From assembly GCF_006345805.1 (NCBI RefSeq), contig NC_043019.1, forward strand, positions 22,505,360-22,569,359: a stretch of DNA of 64,000 nucleotides, written 5' to 3'. The translations under genes were made by a program, and so were the position numbers. Positions 27,561 through 41,559 of the stretch are shown piece by piece. How positions within the stretch are numbered: the first letter of the stretch is position 1; every line of letters begins with the position of its first letter. The stretch is from Octopus sinensis. Lineage: Eukaryota. Below the pieces are notes generated by a model that worked only from the letters and a program-made list of their open reading frames with translations, was not told the DNA's origin and did no database searches.

Positions 27561-27625
27561 AGAATGCGTCCCCGCATTATTTTTTTTCTTGTGTTTTTAT
27601 CATGTTTTTTTTTAGGGGGGGGGAT

Positions 27626-27673
<48 letters not shown>

Positions 27674-28395
27674 CTATATATATTCTCTTGTCGCGGGGGA
27701 GGGGCTAACAAACACACACACACGATGGGCTTCTTTCATTTTCTGTCTACCAAATCCACTGACAAGGCTTTAGTTGACCCAGAGCTATAGTTTAAGATGC
27801 CTACCGAAGGTGCCATGCAGTGGGACTGAACCCAGAACCATGTGGTTAGGAAGCAAGTTTCTTACCACACAGCTACACATGTATATGATATTAAAAATGT
27901 ACAAAAGCAGTTCTTCCTTACATAGCAATAAAGCACCACTTTAGTTGAACGATTTTTATATCTTTTTAATTCTTGATTCTTTAAAGCAATAAGTTTTTAA
28001 GAGAACCTAAAATACACACACACACACACACATAATGCATGACTACCCATGTATGTCTCCCTCCCGACACTATTTCTTCATAACTTCCAGAAAAAAATGG
28101 ATAGTTTTTCAATGGAATTTTCTACAAATACGTTTCTGATGCTTTAGATTTTGATTAAATCGGTATTTGTTCAGAAAATACTTTTCCAAGGGTAGGGAGA
28201 GGAATTTGTGAAAATTCACAAGAGTCAGATTTGCTTCCTCATAATTTTCAGAAAAACACGTAATTTTTTCAAAATGAAATCTTCTACAAATACGCTTTTG
28301 ATGATATAGATTACGATTATTTCAGAATTTAATGCGAAAAAAGAATTAGTGAGCTTGTACATAAACTTAATGACACAAGACACACACACACACAC

Positions 28396-28464
<69 letters not shown>

Positions 28465-28511
28465 ATATATATATATATAATTATATATATATAATATATA
28501 TGTGTGTGTAT

Positions 28512-28556
<45 letters not shown>

Positions 28557-28559
28557 TAT

Positions 28560-28614
<55 letters not shown>

Positions 28615-28624
28615 TATATATATA

Positions 28625-28675
<51 letters not shown>

Positions 28676-29030
28676 TATATACACATATACACAGCAGCGA
28701 GCTGGCAGAACCTTTAGCGTGCCGGACAAAATGTATAGTGATATTTCGTCTGTCTCTACAGTCTAAGTTGAAATTTCGAAATAAAATTGTAATGCATGTT
28801 AGTATGTGTATGTAAGCCCAACAATTTGATTTTTTACATTAAATTCCGCAATAAACGGAATCTACATAATCTGAAGCGTATTTGTAAAAAGTTTCATGTA
28901 AAAATAACTATTTTTCAGGGCGTTGTAAGGAGACAAAGTCAAGAGGGGCACACATGTGTAGGTATACCATACACACACACACGTGTATACATATACATAA
29001 AATCGCCCTCGACTTCTACAAGGAAAACTT

Positions 29031-29084
<54 letters not shown>

Positions 29085-29438
29085 TTGTGTGTCTGTGTTT
29101 GTCCCCCCAACATCGCTTGACAACCGATGCTGGTGTGTTTACGTCCCAGTAACTTAGCGGTTCGGCAAAAGAGACCCAATAGAATGAGTACTAGGCTTAC
29201 AAAGAATAAGTCCTGGGGTCGATTTGCTCGACTAAAGGCGGTGCTCCAGCATGGCCACAGTCAAATGACTGAAACAAGTAAAAGAGAGAGAGAGAGAGAG
29301 AGAGAGTATCTGCTAAGTTTTGGCTTGCTTGCTTTTTCTTCAGGCAAGTCCGATGAAAAAAGAACAAACCGAAACTTGTACAAGTTTAATGAATATGTCA
29401 CTCTTCTAAAATTGTTATAAATAACTTGACATAAAAGC

Positions 29439-29486
<48 letters not shown>

Positions 29487-29924
29487 CACACACACACATA
29501 TGCATGCCTACGTACATACATGCACATATACATCCATATATACATGTGTGTGTGTGTGTGTGTGTGATAATGGTTAGTGTAGGTGAGTAATTTCTAGAAT
29601 GCCTGCTGAGGAAATAAGACAGGAACAAGCCTGGTTGGCGTACGTGACTGAATTGAGAAGAAATTCGGTTCAGTTTTTATTTATTTATTTATCCAGTCTT
29701 TATTTTGCCTAGGTAAGCAAAACCCATGTTAGTGAAACTCAACATATTAAGCACTGAAGGAGAATATGGGCGACTGCATTTTGCATTATGCTTAGGCTCG
29801 AGTTCGCTCAGGACTCGCAGATAAATGATGGTCAAATTTAGTTTATCTCTCTCTCTATATATATACCCGTTTGTTTATTTTTTTTTCCATTTAAACGTCG
29901 TGTCTAGCACATTGTCTAACGCAG

Positions 29925-30203
29925 TAGTGGTTCTCAACCATTGTACATAGAAGATTTTATTGTTACAATTTATGTGCAATAAACTGGTTGTATTTCTACA
30001 ATCCACAAAATATCTAAACATTTTATTTTATAAAATTCTTGGCGATCTTTCGTCTCTAGTAGACCTTTCCGTCGATTTCCGTAAATTTTTTTTTTTTTTT
30101 ACATATGGGCTTGCGGGAACTTTTGAAGTAATATACATACATATACACATACACCGAGTAAAAAATTTAAGTTATCTCTTTCTTTCACACATTACTCTGT
30201 CTC

Positions 30204-30239
<36 letters not shown>

Positions 30240-30770
30240 CATCAATGCTTCACATGCACGGTAACTTCAAAAGAACTTCCCTCGTCATACAATCGCTTTC
30301 TCTTAGTCTCTTTCGCTCTCATTACTTCAAAAGTTCCCGCAAGCCCATATGTAAAAAAGAAAAAAATTTTTTTACAGAAATCGACGGAAAGGTCCACTAG
30401 AGACGAAAGATTGCCAAATTCTTAATAATATTTAATCATAAAAATATAATGCAAATTTTTAGACATCCAATGGCTATATGGGTAGCCCCACCCTGACTAA
30501 AATATATTTCTTTACTACCCACAAGGGGCTAAACACAGAGGGGACAAAGAAGGACAGACAAAGGGATTAAGTCGATTACATCGACCCCAGTGCGTAACTG
30601 ATACTTAATTTATCGACCCCGAAAGGATGAAAGGCAAAGTCGACCTCGGCGGAATTTGAACTCGGAATGTAACGACAGACGAAATACGGCTACGTATTTC
30701 GCCCGGCGTGCTAACGGTTCTGCCAGAAATCAAAGGGAGCCTTAGGCAAAAAATGGTTCAGAACCACCGA
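29925..30770. mobile_element. hAT(Charlie)-like MITE hosting a nested MITE and SINE
   Basis: Termini AGTGGTTCTCAACC and GGTTCAGAACCAC; a related element lies at about 35497-35811 (CAGCGGTTCCCAACC...GGTTGAGAACCC). Confidence 0.55.
30041..30415. mobile_element. MITE with about 92 bp TIRs and 8 bp TSD (Merlin/Mutator-like GG termini)
   Basis: GGCGATCTTTCGTCTCTAGT... and ...ACTAGAGACGAAAGATTGCC; AAATTCTT duplicated at 30033-30040 and 30416-30423. Confidence 0.85.
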
Positions 30771-30852
30771 TCTAACGTGTCCCTCAAGGCGGCGAGCTGG
30801 CAGAACCTTTAGCGTGCCGGACAAAATGCATAGTGATATTTCGTCTGTCTTT

Positions 30853-31084
30853 AGGATCTTTTCAATCTTTCTAATTAATTTTTTGTTTTAACTAAACACT
30901 TTGAAACTTTGGATACTGAACTTTAACACGAAGTAACTTCTATAATAAAAAAAATTCTATCCAAAACGTTAATAGTAAACCCAGTTCTATGTGACACATT
31001 CTACCAGTATCCGAAGTTTCAAAGTGTTTAGTTAAGGAAAACAAATTAATTAAAAAATCTGTCGGTCAGATTGAAAAGATCCCT
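30853..31084. mobile_element. Palindromic MITE (PIF/Harbinger-like ends)
   Basis: GGATCTTTTCAATCT/AGATTGAAAAGATCC termini with internal arms TTAACTAAACACTTTGAAACTT.GGATACTG and its reverse complement; TTA/TTAA flanks. Confidence 0.7.
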
Positions 31085-34000
31085 TAAACCCCTAGAATGC
31101 GAGATGATTGTTTACGTGCGACAAAGATACTTTACAAAAATCTCATTTCGGAATAAAATTGACTAATTTTTAAAAATAATTTTATTAAGCACACCAAGAA
31201 CTTAATTATTCCCATTAAATGTACTATATGTGGTTCAGTTTAAATATTAAAAAAATTATTTATTGTTAGAAAATTTATATTTTTATCTTTAAATGTGATG
31301 TTCCCATTGTAGGGAGTGGGTGGTGAAAATATACCAAACATTTCCAAGGGATAAGAGGCAAAGAAAAAAGTTGAGAAAAAGTTGTTTTACATTGTAGCTC
31401 GGCATGTTAGAAATAGCAGTCAAAATCCCCCTAGCTTATACACAACTATCACGTGTCAACGAAGGGTCTCTATGCGGTAGTTCGACACACGAGAAATAAC
31501 TGTTAAACATTCTTCATATCCCACCCTGTTGTATCAAGCCATCGAAAGTTTCTATGTATATTACCTCGACATGCTAAAAATAGCAGCTAAAACGCCCTCA
31601 TATCACACGCTACCATCTCAAGCCAATGAAGAAGTTTTTGCATAATGTCTTGACATTCTAGAATAGCCGCGCACTCCTTAAATGAAAATACTGGACGATG
31701 TAGTACCTTATGTCCAAAAATAAAGAAAGAAAAAAAAGAAACGGTATGGTCACGACTGGAATGGTATCCCTCAGAAGTCTGTCTGTTCGAGAAGAACCGA
31801 ACTCAGAAGGACAACTTCACAAAAATACGAACCAAATGTGGGAGCCCTTACGTAGTTGTTCGGCCTGCTAAAATTGCAGCTAAATCTCACTCAAATCACA
31901 CTATACCGTTTTAGAAATAAGAACACAATAGGTTCTCTGTGCTTAAGAGAAAAAAGTGTTACTTCTCGGCTTTCTTGAATCTAGATGTCATTTGTCGCTA
32001 CGCTACATTCATCAGAACTTAAGATCTTCACTCTGCATTTGTGAAATTGTGATCCCTTTGAGACACGACACAGAGGATTTGCAGGCCAGTCCCTCTCTGT
32101 AGAGCTTACATGTTTGGCATAACAGTGATCAGTAGGCAGAAAGTCATCCAGGAGGATGAGGAGGTGCGAGAACACGAAAGGGGCAGTGCTAACTGGGCAC
32201 AAGCTAGCGCTTAGTCAACCCTGGACGAGTTGTTTTGGTGAGGGTTTCTGATTATTGAAAAACCCAAAACACCGAATGACCGCAGGACTGATGATGTACC
32301 TGATGCATCACAGGACGATGTATGGAAAAATCTTTCCCTTGAATGAGGGCGGCTGAATGGATTTAGTTTTAAACTATTATAATTAATGGTGAAGAAGGAA
32401 AATTTAAATCGATGTAAAAAGAAAAAGAGTAACTTGTTCCAATGGAATGTCAAATTCGTCGGAGCAATGTTTATTCTGGCGTTCTGAGTTCAAATCCTGC
32501 CGATTATGCTTAGCAAAATTCTGTTGATCTAAGAAGTATAAGTTATTAAGTCATGTCAAACTTTTTGGTGGGCTTTCAGAATAAGAAGCACTCCACCTGT
32601 TATGTCTACGAGCGATCCAGGTGCTCGAGAAATTAACGTACAAGTGGCTGAGCACTCCACAGACACGCGTACTTTTAACGTAGTTCTCAGGGAAATTCAG
32701 TGTGACACAAAATGTGGAAAGGTTGACCTTTTTGAATTACAGATACCACTAATTTTGGCCAGCTGAGTGGACTGGAGCAACGCGAAATGACGTGCCATGC
32801 TCAAGAACACAACGTGCCGCCGGAAATCGAACTCCTGACCTTGTGAGTGTGAGCCAAATATACTAACCACTAAACCACGCGCCTTCTGAATAGCGATCAC
32901 TACCCATAGAATAAAAAATGGCAAAAAAAGAATTGGATGGGTCCCCTCCACCCACCGAACTTCAGTTTGTAATATTATTTTAGGATCATGCAAGAAGAAT
33001 TGCGATTCAGAAAAAAAATTTTTTTGCTAAATATTTCAATTTTTAAAAAATATTTTGCCAACTTCCGCTCTGTATTTCGTACCATTTCCCCCTCCACGTG
33101 GGATAATCATAGCTATTCCAAAAATCCACCAAAAGATTCTCAAATAACAAGAGTACGCCTGTTCAGAAGGCGCTAAAAACCAACTTCCTGAAGTCACTGA
33201 CAAAAGTAAATATGGCGCTACATTCAAATAACATGTCGTCGCCATAAATTTATTTGGTTTTCAAATGTGAAGTTGTATTATTAATATTTTTAGTTTTATT
33301 TACTCTGAAAATATATCTACGGACATTGTTACAGATTTCTCAAGGAAATATATACGATATACTATATGACATATTGTAAATCAACCAGACTGCAGACATT
33401 AGAGAAATTGATGTCATAAGAATTGTAAATGTTACGTCGACACTAAGATTTGTCTGTCATTTGAGGACTTTCCCCTTCTTGTATCGCCTTAATTTATTTC
33501 TCCAATTTCATTTAATGTTACAAGACTTTCGTTTTATCATTTTGTACTGGAAGTCGAGGACGACCTAGTTACGAATGTATTGAGCAAGATTAACTATTGC
33601 TGATCGTTTTTTAACATCGGTACAAGGTTAGAATTTCGGATGTTGGAGATTAGTCGATTAAATCAGCTTCAGTATACGACTGGTACATCATCTTATTGGC
33701 CCTGGTAGGGATGAAAAGTAAACGTTGACTTCGAAGTGAACTGAACTCGGAACGTTAAACGTTCGAGCAAATACTGCATTTTGTCTGACGTTTCAACCAA
33801 TTCACTCATTGTAAGAGATCTTTTTGCATCGGTTAATGTTGATCATCTACCCATCTTAACTGCTGAATTTGAGCCTAAATTGTAAAATATTTTCCCAGCT
33901 ATTTCTTTACATTCTGAGTTCAATAGTCGTTAGGGTCAGCTTTGCCTTTTTATCCTTTCAGAAGCTGATAGCCTATCGAAAGCAGACAAAAGTAGCACAA

Positions 34001-37000
34001 CGCCGATTAGTATGTCATACTCAATTTCTTTGGACGGATCAAATTTCAGCTCAATCTCTTTTCCTACAAACATTTCTTTTTTTAAGCCGAGATACAGAAA
34101 TATAAGGTAAGTGTTTTTTTTTTAATTCTTTTATTTTAAGATTGCATTTTAATGACAGTTCAAAAACACTTTAAAGTCTGTTTCATAAGTTTTTATATAA
34201 ATTATTTAATATTAATTAATGAGAATGGTTACTAACGACTCTCTTCATGTAAATTTCTAAAAAAAAACAAAAAAAAACATTAAGAATGCTTATTTAAAAC
34301 CAAGAAATCCTTCATCCTTTTCCGTTATTACCGCTTTTTAATAAAGAATTTTGATAAACATTTAACAAAATTAATAGAAAACAAAATTTAGTGCTGTTAC
34401 ATTGATAAAATCGGAATATTTAATGTGAAATATGTTTGGTAAATATTACTGTATCAATATTTGGCTGGAAATTAGTGAGTTTTGGCCCTAAATTACCGTG
34501 CTCTTCCAGATTTAATTCGCTAAAATAATTTTGCACCCTCAACACTTGAATTTATTTCAGATGTTTATCGACCCCATTGATAGCCATTTAGATTTTTCAG
34601 GAACCAATATTAATTAACCACTTTACAGACAGTTAGGCCAGGACCTAACTAAATGCCACAAGGCATTTTGTTTTGAGGTCTAAACATAATTCGGAGGAAA
34701 ATTAGTCTAACGAGTTACTTAACCACAAAAAAAAAAAAAGAAATTGTGGCAGATGTTTTATAACCATTTACCTCCCATTCACCCGTCCCCATCCAAAAAA
34801 CTATTAAATTTGGCAAGCCTTCCATATTGGTACGCGACGAAACCTTTCCTCGTGACATAGATAAAAAGGTTACACTGAAAAAAAAAGGGGGGGGGGGTGA
34901 ATGACCTCGTCTCTTTACTTTGACACTGTAAACCAATACAGAGAAAGAATGCCTTAATTTTTATTTAATTTTCTGAGATTCTAAATCTTCTTGGCCAAGT
35001 CAGTCTCCGAGTAACGGGATCGGTTGCACAAGAATTGCAATGGAATTGCGCCAGTGTAGGAGGAATTAAGCATTTGACATTTCAAGAAAAATAAATTAGG
35101 ACGTGAATTTAAGACTTTCTTGTTTTCGTTTGTATGTTTAAATGGTTGGAATGGTTCGTTGACCGAACAGCTTTATGAATAATAGCGAGCAAAATGGTTT
35201 AATGAAAGTACTCTTCGTAAACTATGTAGTTCCCGGATCGGTACCATTGAATACTGAGCGACACCTAGGGCAAGTATCTATCTTACTTTTGAGTAAAATT
35301 AATGCCTTGTGAGTGGAGTTTGGGTGGCGGAAATTGTACAGAAGTCTCGTGTGTATTATATATAAGCATACACACGTATGTGTATGTGTGCACATACACG
35401 ATAGTCTGGGCAAACTCTTGAAAAGTCAGCAAAAAAGTTAATAGAATTCAAATTCTATTAAATAATATTAATACTGATGTCAGTGATCAAATAAAGCAGC
35501 GGTTCCCAACCGGGGTCCATATAAGATTTTGGGGTCACAACAAAATAGTAACTTGGGGATCCACAATGGTATTTTAAGGACCCCTGGAAAAAAATTGCTT
35601 TAGTTGTATGTATTGCAAGAAACAGCTAGGTTTCTTTGTCTAACATTTTACAGAGCCCAGCCTACACAAGTTATTATGTGAAAAACAAAATTGAATTTTG
35701 AAAGAAGTTTCTATAAAACTAGTTTTAAACAGAATTGATATGAGGGTCCACCGGAATAAAATAATATTTCAAGGGGGTTTGTAGATTTAAAAAAATGGTT
35801 GAGAACCCTTGAAATAATGTCATGCAGTGGGGTTGATTTAATAGACTTAATTAACTCACTCTCAACAAATTCCTGGCTGCCTTGTCCATAATATTTGAAT
35901 ATAAGAAGAAAAAAAAGGTATTCGGAAATAAAGTGGGATTGATTTATTTAAAACTAATAAAGAGCGGGTTTTACATCATACACGATACTTGTACAATTTC
36001 GTACCCCATCTGACAGTTTCACTTTTGAACAAAACAATTTTGCATTTTAATACTTTCACTCCAGCTAGGCACTCAACAAAAATATGAACTTATTAAAAGT
36101 GGAAGAGGCAATCGAAAATCGTTAGTTCAGAGTAAAGATAATTGTGGTTGAGTAAAGGATTGTGGTTGACGTTATTATTACTAAGCGCTCGTAAGGTGGT
36201 GAGCTGGCAGAATCGTTAGCACGCCGGGCAAAATGCTTAGCAGCATTTGGTCTGTTTTTATGTACTGAGAGCACTGAAGTCCATCTAATTCAGTGCTCAC
36301 AACCGGTTTGCCGCGGCACACTGGTGTGCAACGAGACGATACCTAAGTGTCCCACAGTGTAACTTGAATATATTTTTTCCCTTATACTTTTAGTTAAACC
36401 TTTAGTTCAAGTGTGCCACCTAATTTTGAAAAGAATATAAGTGTATCGCACTTATTTATTGAGGGCGATTTGACTGTTATTTCGAGCGACCTCAGAAGGT
36501 AAAGTGGAAGAAATCGTATGAAGTTTTAAAGCGAAAGAAAACAGTAGGAAGTGGTAGTGTAAAAACAAAAAGTCCATCCCCCCCCCCCAAAAAAAAAACT
36601 TATCAGGTGCCAAACGATAATTGAATCAATTGAGGTGTGAAACTCTAAGCCGTGATTTTTAAGTGCATGCATATCTCAAGTAACGTCGGAAATTGGGTCC
36701 AAGACATGCGCCTTAAATCGAAAATGACGTAACATAAGAAAAAATTAGCTTATATCTGTTTTTAATAAATACTTTGTTACAAAATTTCATGTGTATTTTA
36801 TTTCATTTTCCACTTCTGTATTGATTTTGGGATATTTTAAAAAGAAATTTTAGGTTGAAACCGACGTAAAGTCGGATGAATCGACTGAAGTTGAGGTGAC
36901 CCTGTATACTTTTGCTCTGACAGGTTTGTGTGTGTGTGCGTGCATGTGTCTTCTACTTTGTTTAAATTAATGATAACTATGAAATTAACAAATACAAAAA

Positions 37001-38544
37001 GTGACAAATAATCTAGTTTATAGAAAAGTACGGATTTTTATCTTGTTATAATTTCATTCGCATATTCGAAAGTCATAAGATATGTCACCCTTTCCTTGTG
37101 TGCTCTTTCGACCCACACTTCACTTTCGAAGAGCAGTGAGTCACACTCAGCCATGTTCAATGGAACCGCAGTTATTCCAATCAAGTTATTTTATTCTGTT
37201 AATGCTTGGATGTGCGTTTTTATTTGGTAAAAGAATGCAAAATAAAGAATGTCTTTTTTTGTTTACGTTGTTTATTGTACTCCTTAATAAACTACTTCCG
37301 GTTCTGGCAGTTGTTTTGTTTATAATCCACATATTTCTAGTGTTTTTCGTGGCTTACAATCAATACGTTCGATAAAATTTTAGGCACAGTGGTCAAGTCT
37401 TCAGCATCTCTCTTCATTTCCGACGACGTGGCTCTTTCAGCTTCCGTTGCTGACCCCCTTTATGAAGTTCAATGGAGTATTGCTCCCTCATGTAGGGTAG
37501 TGTTACTCTTACAAATCCTAGACTATATTCAGAAAGGGACTACTTTAGCATAAAGTTACTCGCAGCACACGTTCCACCCTCTGATCCACAAACACGTGTC
37601 TCCTTTCTGCGTTTGTCATTTTTCTTCCGGTTATAATAGGACCCGCTTTTCAGAGTTGGCTGTCGTTGTCACCTCCACTCAAGCATTCCCAACCTACTTG
37701 TCTCTCGTCTTTTCACCCCTACTTTGACATCTAACGCTACCCCTAGGTTCCACAAAATCCACTATTTCTCCTCTACAGAAATCATCCCTTTGCAATTTCT
37801 TCCTCCAAAATCATGTCTTTCTTACGGGTGTTGACTTACAAAAGTTTAAACGGAACATCAATGGCATCAACCCCCACCAGTCAAGCTGAGCCTACAAACG
37901 CTATGGGTACGGCCCCTTCCTCCATCATCATCCTTTAACGTCCGTTTTTCATGCTGGCATGGGTTGGATGGTTTGACCAGAGCTGGCAAACCGGTACAGC
38001 TCTTTAGCTTGCTAGCTCTGGTCAAACCATCCAACCCATGCCAGCATGAAAAAAAGGACGTTAAAGGATGGTGATGGTAATGATGCTACAGATGCAGCAG
38101 GTAAGAAAATATCTATCTTTAAAGCGTTTGTATCAGGTTATGTGGTGTGCCCATCTTAAAGAGTACATTTTGTATTGTCAGTGTTTTTGTTTGATTGTTC
38201 CACAGAGGGAGGCACATTGCATGATGGCATAACAAACAGTTTTTCATATCAAGATCTAGGGAATATGGGGATGGGAGGGAGGGGGAATAAGGTTTTGTTG
38301 CATTTTTTTATGTTGAACTAATTTGGAAATGAAAGGCATAGGTTGTGAGTAATGGCAACATGCTAAGGTATTTTAAACTGGTGAACACTAAGTGCATATC
38401 ACTGATTTGATTATGGGTGGTGGTCATGTCGTAGGAATCAATTGTTGCCAGTACTCATTTAGATGTCGTCTTTCAATTGCCATATTGTAACCCAAGCTTC
38501 TAATAATAAGTCTCTCTCTCCCTCTTTCTCTCTCTGTGTAGAAA

Positions 38545-38897
38545 ATGGGAATGTGTTAGCATTATTGGGTTTGTAGGTCATCTATGAAATGTCTGTCTTA
38601 GTGAGGGCAAATTCTAGGTAAGAAAAATTCTTTTAGAATCACAATTTCCATTGTATGAGACACAGGATTACTAAGATTAAAAGCTTTCCAGTTCTTTGCT
38701 CTTTTCCTTCCCTTTGAGATAGTGATGGCTATTGGACAAATCATTTAGGAATAACGGAATAAATAGTAAGGACTCTTTCATGGAATTACTGTGGTACACT
38801 CAATATTATAATAATTACTGTTGATTTATTTGCATTCATTATCAATTATAATTCTCTGTCCTGTAATCTGATCCTCTAGAATCCTTAATGTTGGTTC
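38545..38897 (-). mobile_element. Highly decayed LINE reverse-transcriptase fragment (CR1/L2-like), homologous to 41560-41897
   Basis: Aligns by eye with 41560-41897 (shared TCCTTAATGTTGGTTC, GCTATTGG.CAA.TC, AAAAATTCTTT.AGAAT). The minus strand gives frameshifted SVPQ...LLFIPLFLNDLS, resembling the RT motif GVPQGS.LGPLLF..YINDL. Confidence 0.45.
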
Positions 38898-39466
38898 ATT
38901 TAGGAATGGCTGTGTGATAAGTAGCTTGCTTATGAACCACGTGGTTCTGGGTTCAGTCCCACTGCATGGCACCTTGGGCAAATATCTTCTATAGCCTCAG
39001 GCCGACCAAAGCCTTGAGTGGATTTGGTAGACGGAAACTGAAAGAAACCCGTCGTATATATATGTTTGTGTGTTTGTGCTTGTCCCTCTAGCATTGCTTG
39101 ACAACCGATGCTGGTGTGCTTACATCCTCAGGGTCGATTTGCTCCAGCATGGCCACAGTCAAATGACTGAAAATAGTAAAGAGTATCTGTGTGTCTGTTT
39201 ACAGAAGGCACATGGCTGTCGGGTAGGGGTTTTCGACCTACAGTTGTGATGTTTTGAGATTGATACCCAGCAGTGTGTCCTTCAGCAAGATACTTTATCT
39301 CATGTTACTCCAAGTCCACTCAGCTGGCAAAAGAGAGTAGTACATGTATTTTAAAGGTCCAGCTTAATCACATTCAGTGTGTCAGGCTGAATTTCCCTAA
39401 GAACCACTTTGTGTTTGTGTGACTGTGGAGTGCTCAGCACGTTAATGTTATGAGCAGGCTGTTCTT

Positions 39467-39697
39467 ATTTCTTTATTGCCCACAAGGGGCTAAACATAGA
39501 GGGAACAAACAAGGACAGACAAAGGGATTAAGTTGATTACATCGATCCCAGTGTGTAACTGGTACTTAATTTATCGACCCCAAAAGGATGAACGGCAAAG
39601 TCGACCTCGGTGGAATTTGAACTCAGAACGTAACGGCAGACGAAATACCGATAAGCATTTCGCCCGGCGTGCTAACATTTCTGCCAGCTCGCCGCCT
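39467..39697 (-). mobile_element. Second tRNA-derived SINE family (representative copy)
   Basis: GGCGGCGAGCTGGCAGAA...GAGTTCAAATTCC...GTCGACTTTGCC.TTCATCCTTT.GGGGTCGATAAA.TAAGTACC; the central block resembles the Meta domain of MetaSINEs. Many copies, for example about 790-1003, 23288-23505, 30506-30727, 40480-40863, 63302-63512. Confidence 0.85.
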
Positions 39698-39878
39698 TCA
39701 TGAGCAGGCTGTTCTGTTGATTGGATCAACTGGAACATGTCATCACAACTAATGGAGTGCCAGTTACTGAAGGATAGAGTGCTGACAGGATAATATATTC
39801 TTGATACATTCCAAGGGAGCTACTCCTGCTTTCCGACAAATGTGTTTATAATGCATTCAATTCACTGGGGTAAGGGGA

Positions 39879-39926
39879 CTTTGAGATACCAGTGTTTCAA
39901 CCTGTTGCATGCCTCCTCAGCCAAAG
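39879..39926 (-). ncRNA. Degenerate hammerhead ribozyme motif
   Basis: Minus strand CTTTGG-CTGAGGA-GGCATGCAACAGGTT-GAAAC-ACTG-GTA|TCTCAAAG. Core intact, stems I and II weak, loop not palindromic. Confidence 0.45.
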
Positions 39927-40245
39927 CTATTCGGACCAATGAATCTAACAAAATCTTTTGGCTCTTGGTTTATAAGATTCAGTTAGCAAATTATTTGGTT
40001 CTGAAATCTAGCACTAATGCATCCATTGGATAATAAGTGGTTTCTGATTGCAGTCATGAAACAAAATAAAATATGCATGAGCACACAAACACATAATCAT
40101 CATCATCACCACCACTATTTAAAACTTTTCTACACTTACTTGGGTCATATGGAATTTGTTCAAGTGATTTTCTACTACCAGATGTCCTTACTGTTGCTAA
40201 CCCTTACTTGGTTTCCAATAATACAAACACACACATATACAGAAG

Positions 40246-40337
<92 letters not shown>

Positions 40338-41559
40338 CCATCTACTAAATCCACAAATCCACTCACAAGGCTTTGATTGGCCTTAGGCTTGAGTAGAAAA
40401 CATTTCCCCACCCAAGGTGGGCAACTGTCTACACAGTAGGACTGAACCTGAGACCATGTAGCTGGGAAGCAAATCTCTTATTTCTTTATTGCCCACAAGG
40501 GGCTAAACACAGAGGGGACAAACAAAGACAGACAAAGGGATTAAGTCGATTACATCGACCCCAGTGTGTAACTTGTACTTAATTTATCGCCCCCGAAAGG
40601 ATGAAAGGCAAAGTTGAACTCAGAACGTAACAAGACGAAATACCTATTTCTTTATTACCCACAAGGGGCTTAACACAAAGGGGACAAACAAGGACAGACA
40701 TAGGTATTAAGTCGATTACATCGACCCCAGTGCATAACTGGTACTTAATTTATCGACCCCGAAATGTCGACCTCGACGGAATTTGAACTCACAACGTAAT
40801 GGTAGACGAAATACTGCAAAGCATTTTGCCGGGTGTGCTAACGTTTCTGCCAGCTTGCCACCTTACCATACAGCCATGACTGTGTCTTTATGTGAAAAGA
40901 AAATGCTTTTTTTTTCTTGTTTTGCCCATGCATCCTGCTCAAAATAGATATTTTGAATTATTATACATTTTTCATAGGTAGGGTATCCCTCCAAGTTCTT
41001 AGCTTTCATCTGTCTGGGAACAATAAAATGCATACTAGATACAAGAATTAATTGATCTGATGGAAAATTACTACTAGCTAAAACTAAACAGATTTGAAAT
41101 GTTACTGTGTGTTTTAGAATTGATCATTTGTGAATGATTACTAATGATTATGAAAGGTCAAGTAATTAATTAGTTAATGGTATTTAGTTTAACGACCATA
41201 TACTAACGGGTTTGTTTTTTTGTTTTTGTCTTTTATGTTTTCGTCTTTTTTTTTTTACATATTCTTTATTTGAGAAAGAAAATAAGAAGGCTATTTTTCG
41301 TCTGACAAAGTGGTGTAGGCAATTGCATCAATGGTTTTAAAAGGTTGTGACAAAAGCAACAAAAGTCAATCTGGTGGTGGGAATGGGGCGATTAATAATA
41401 AGAAATCAAGATAAATTACATTTCTTTCTTTATTTAATGGATTGTTACTAATTAGCTGTGACAGGTCATGCCTCTTAAAATAATAAAAAGAATAATAAAA
41501 CAAATAAATAATAAAAAAAAAATCAGCACAGTTTCAGAATAGCTATCAGTAACTAACAT

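Noticed and set aside
38577-38617. Small plus-strand exon (tag|...|GTAAGA)
   Set aside because: Overlaps the decayed LINE fragment and has no coding support.
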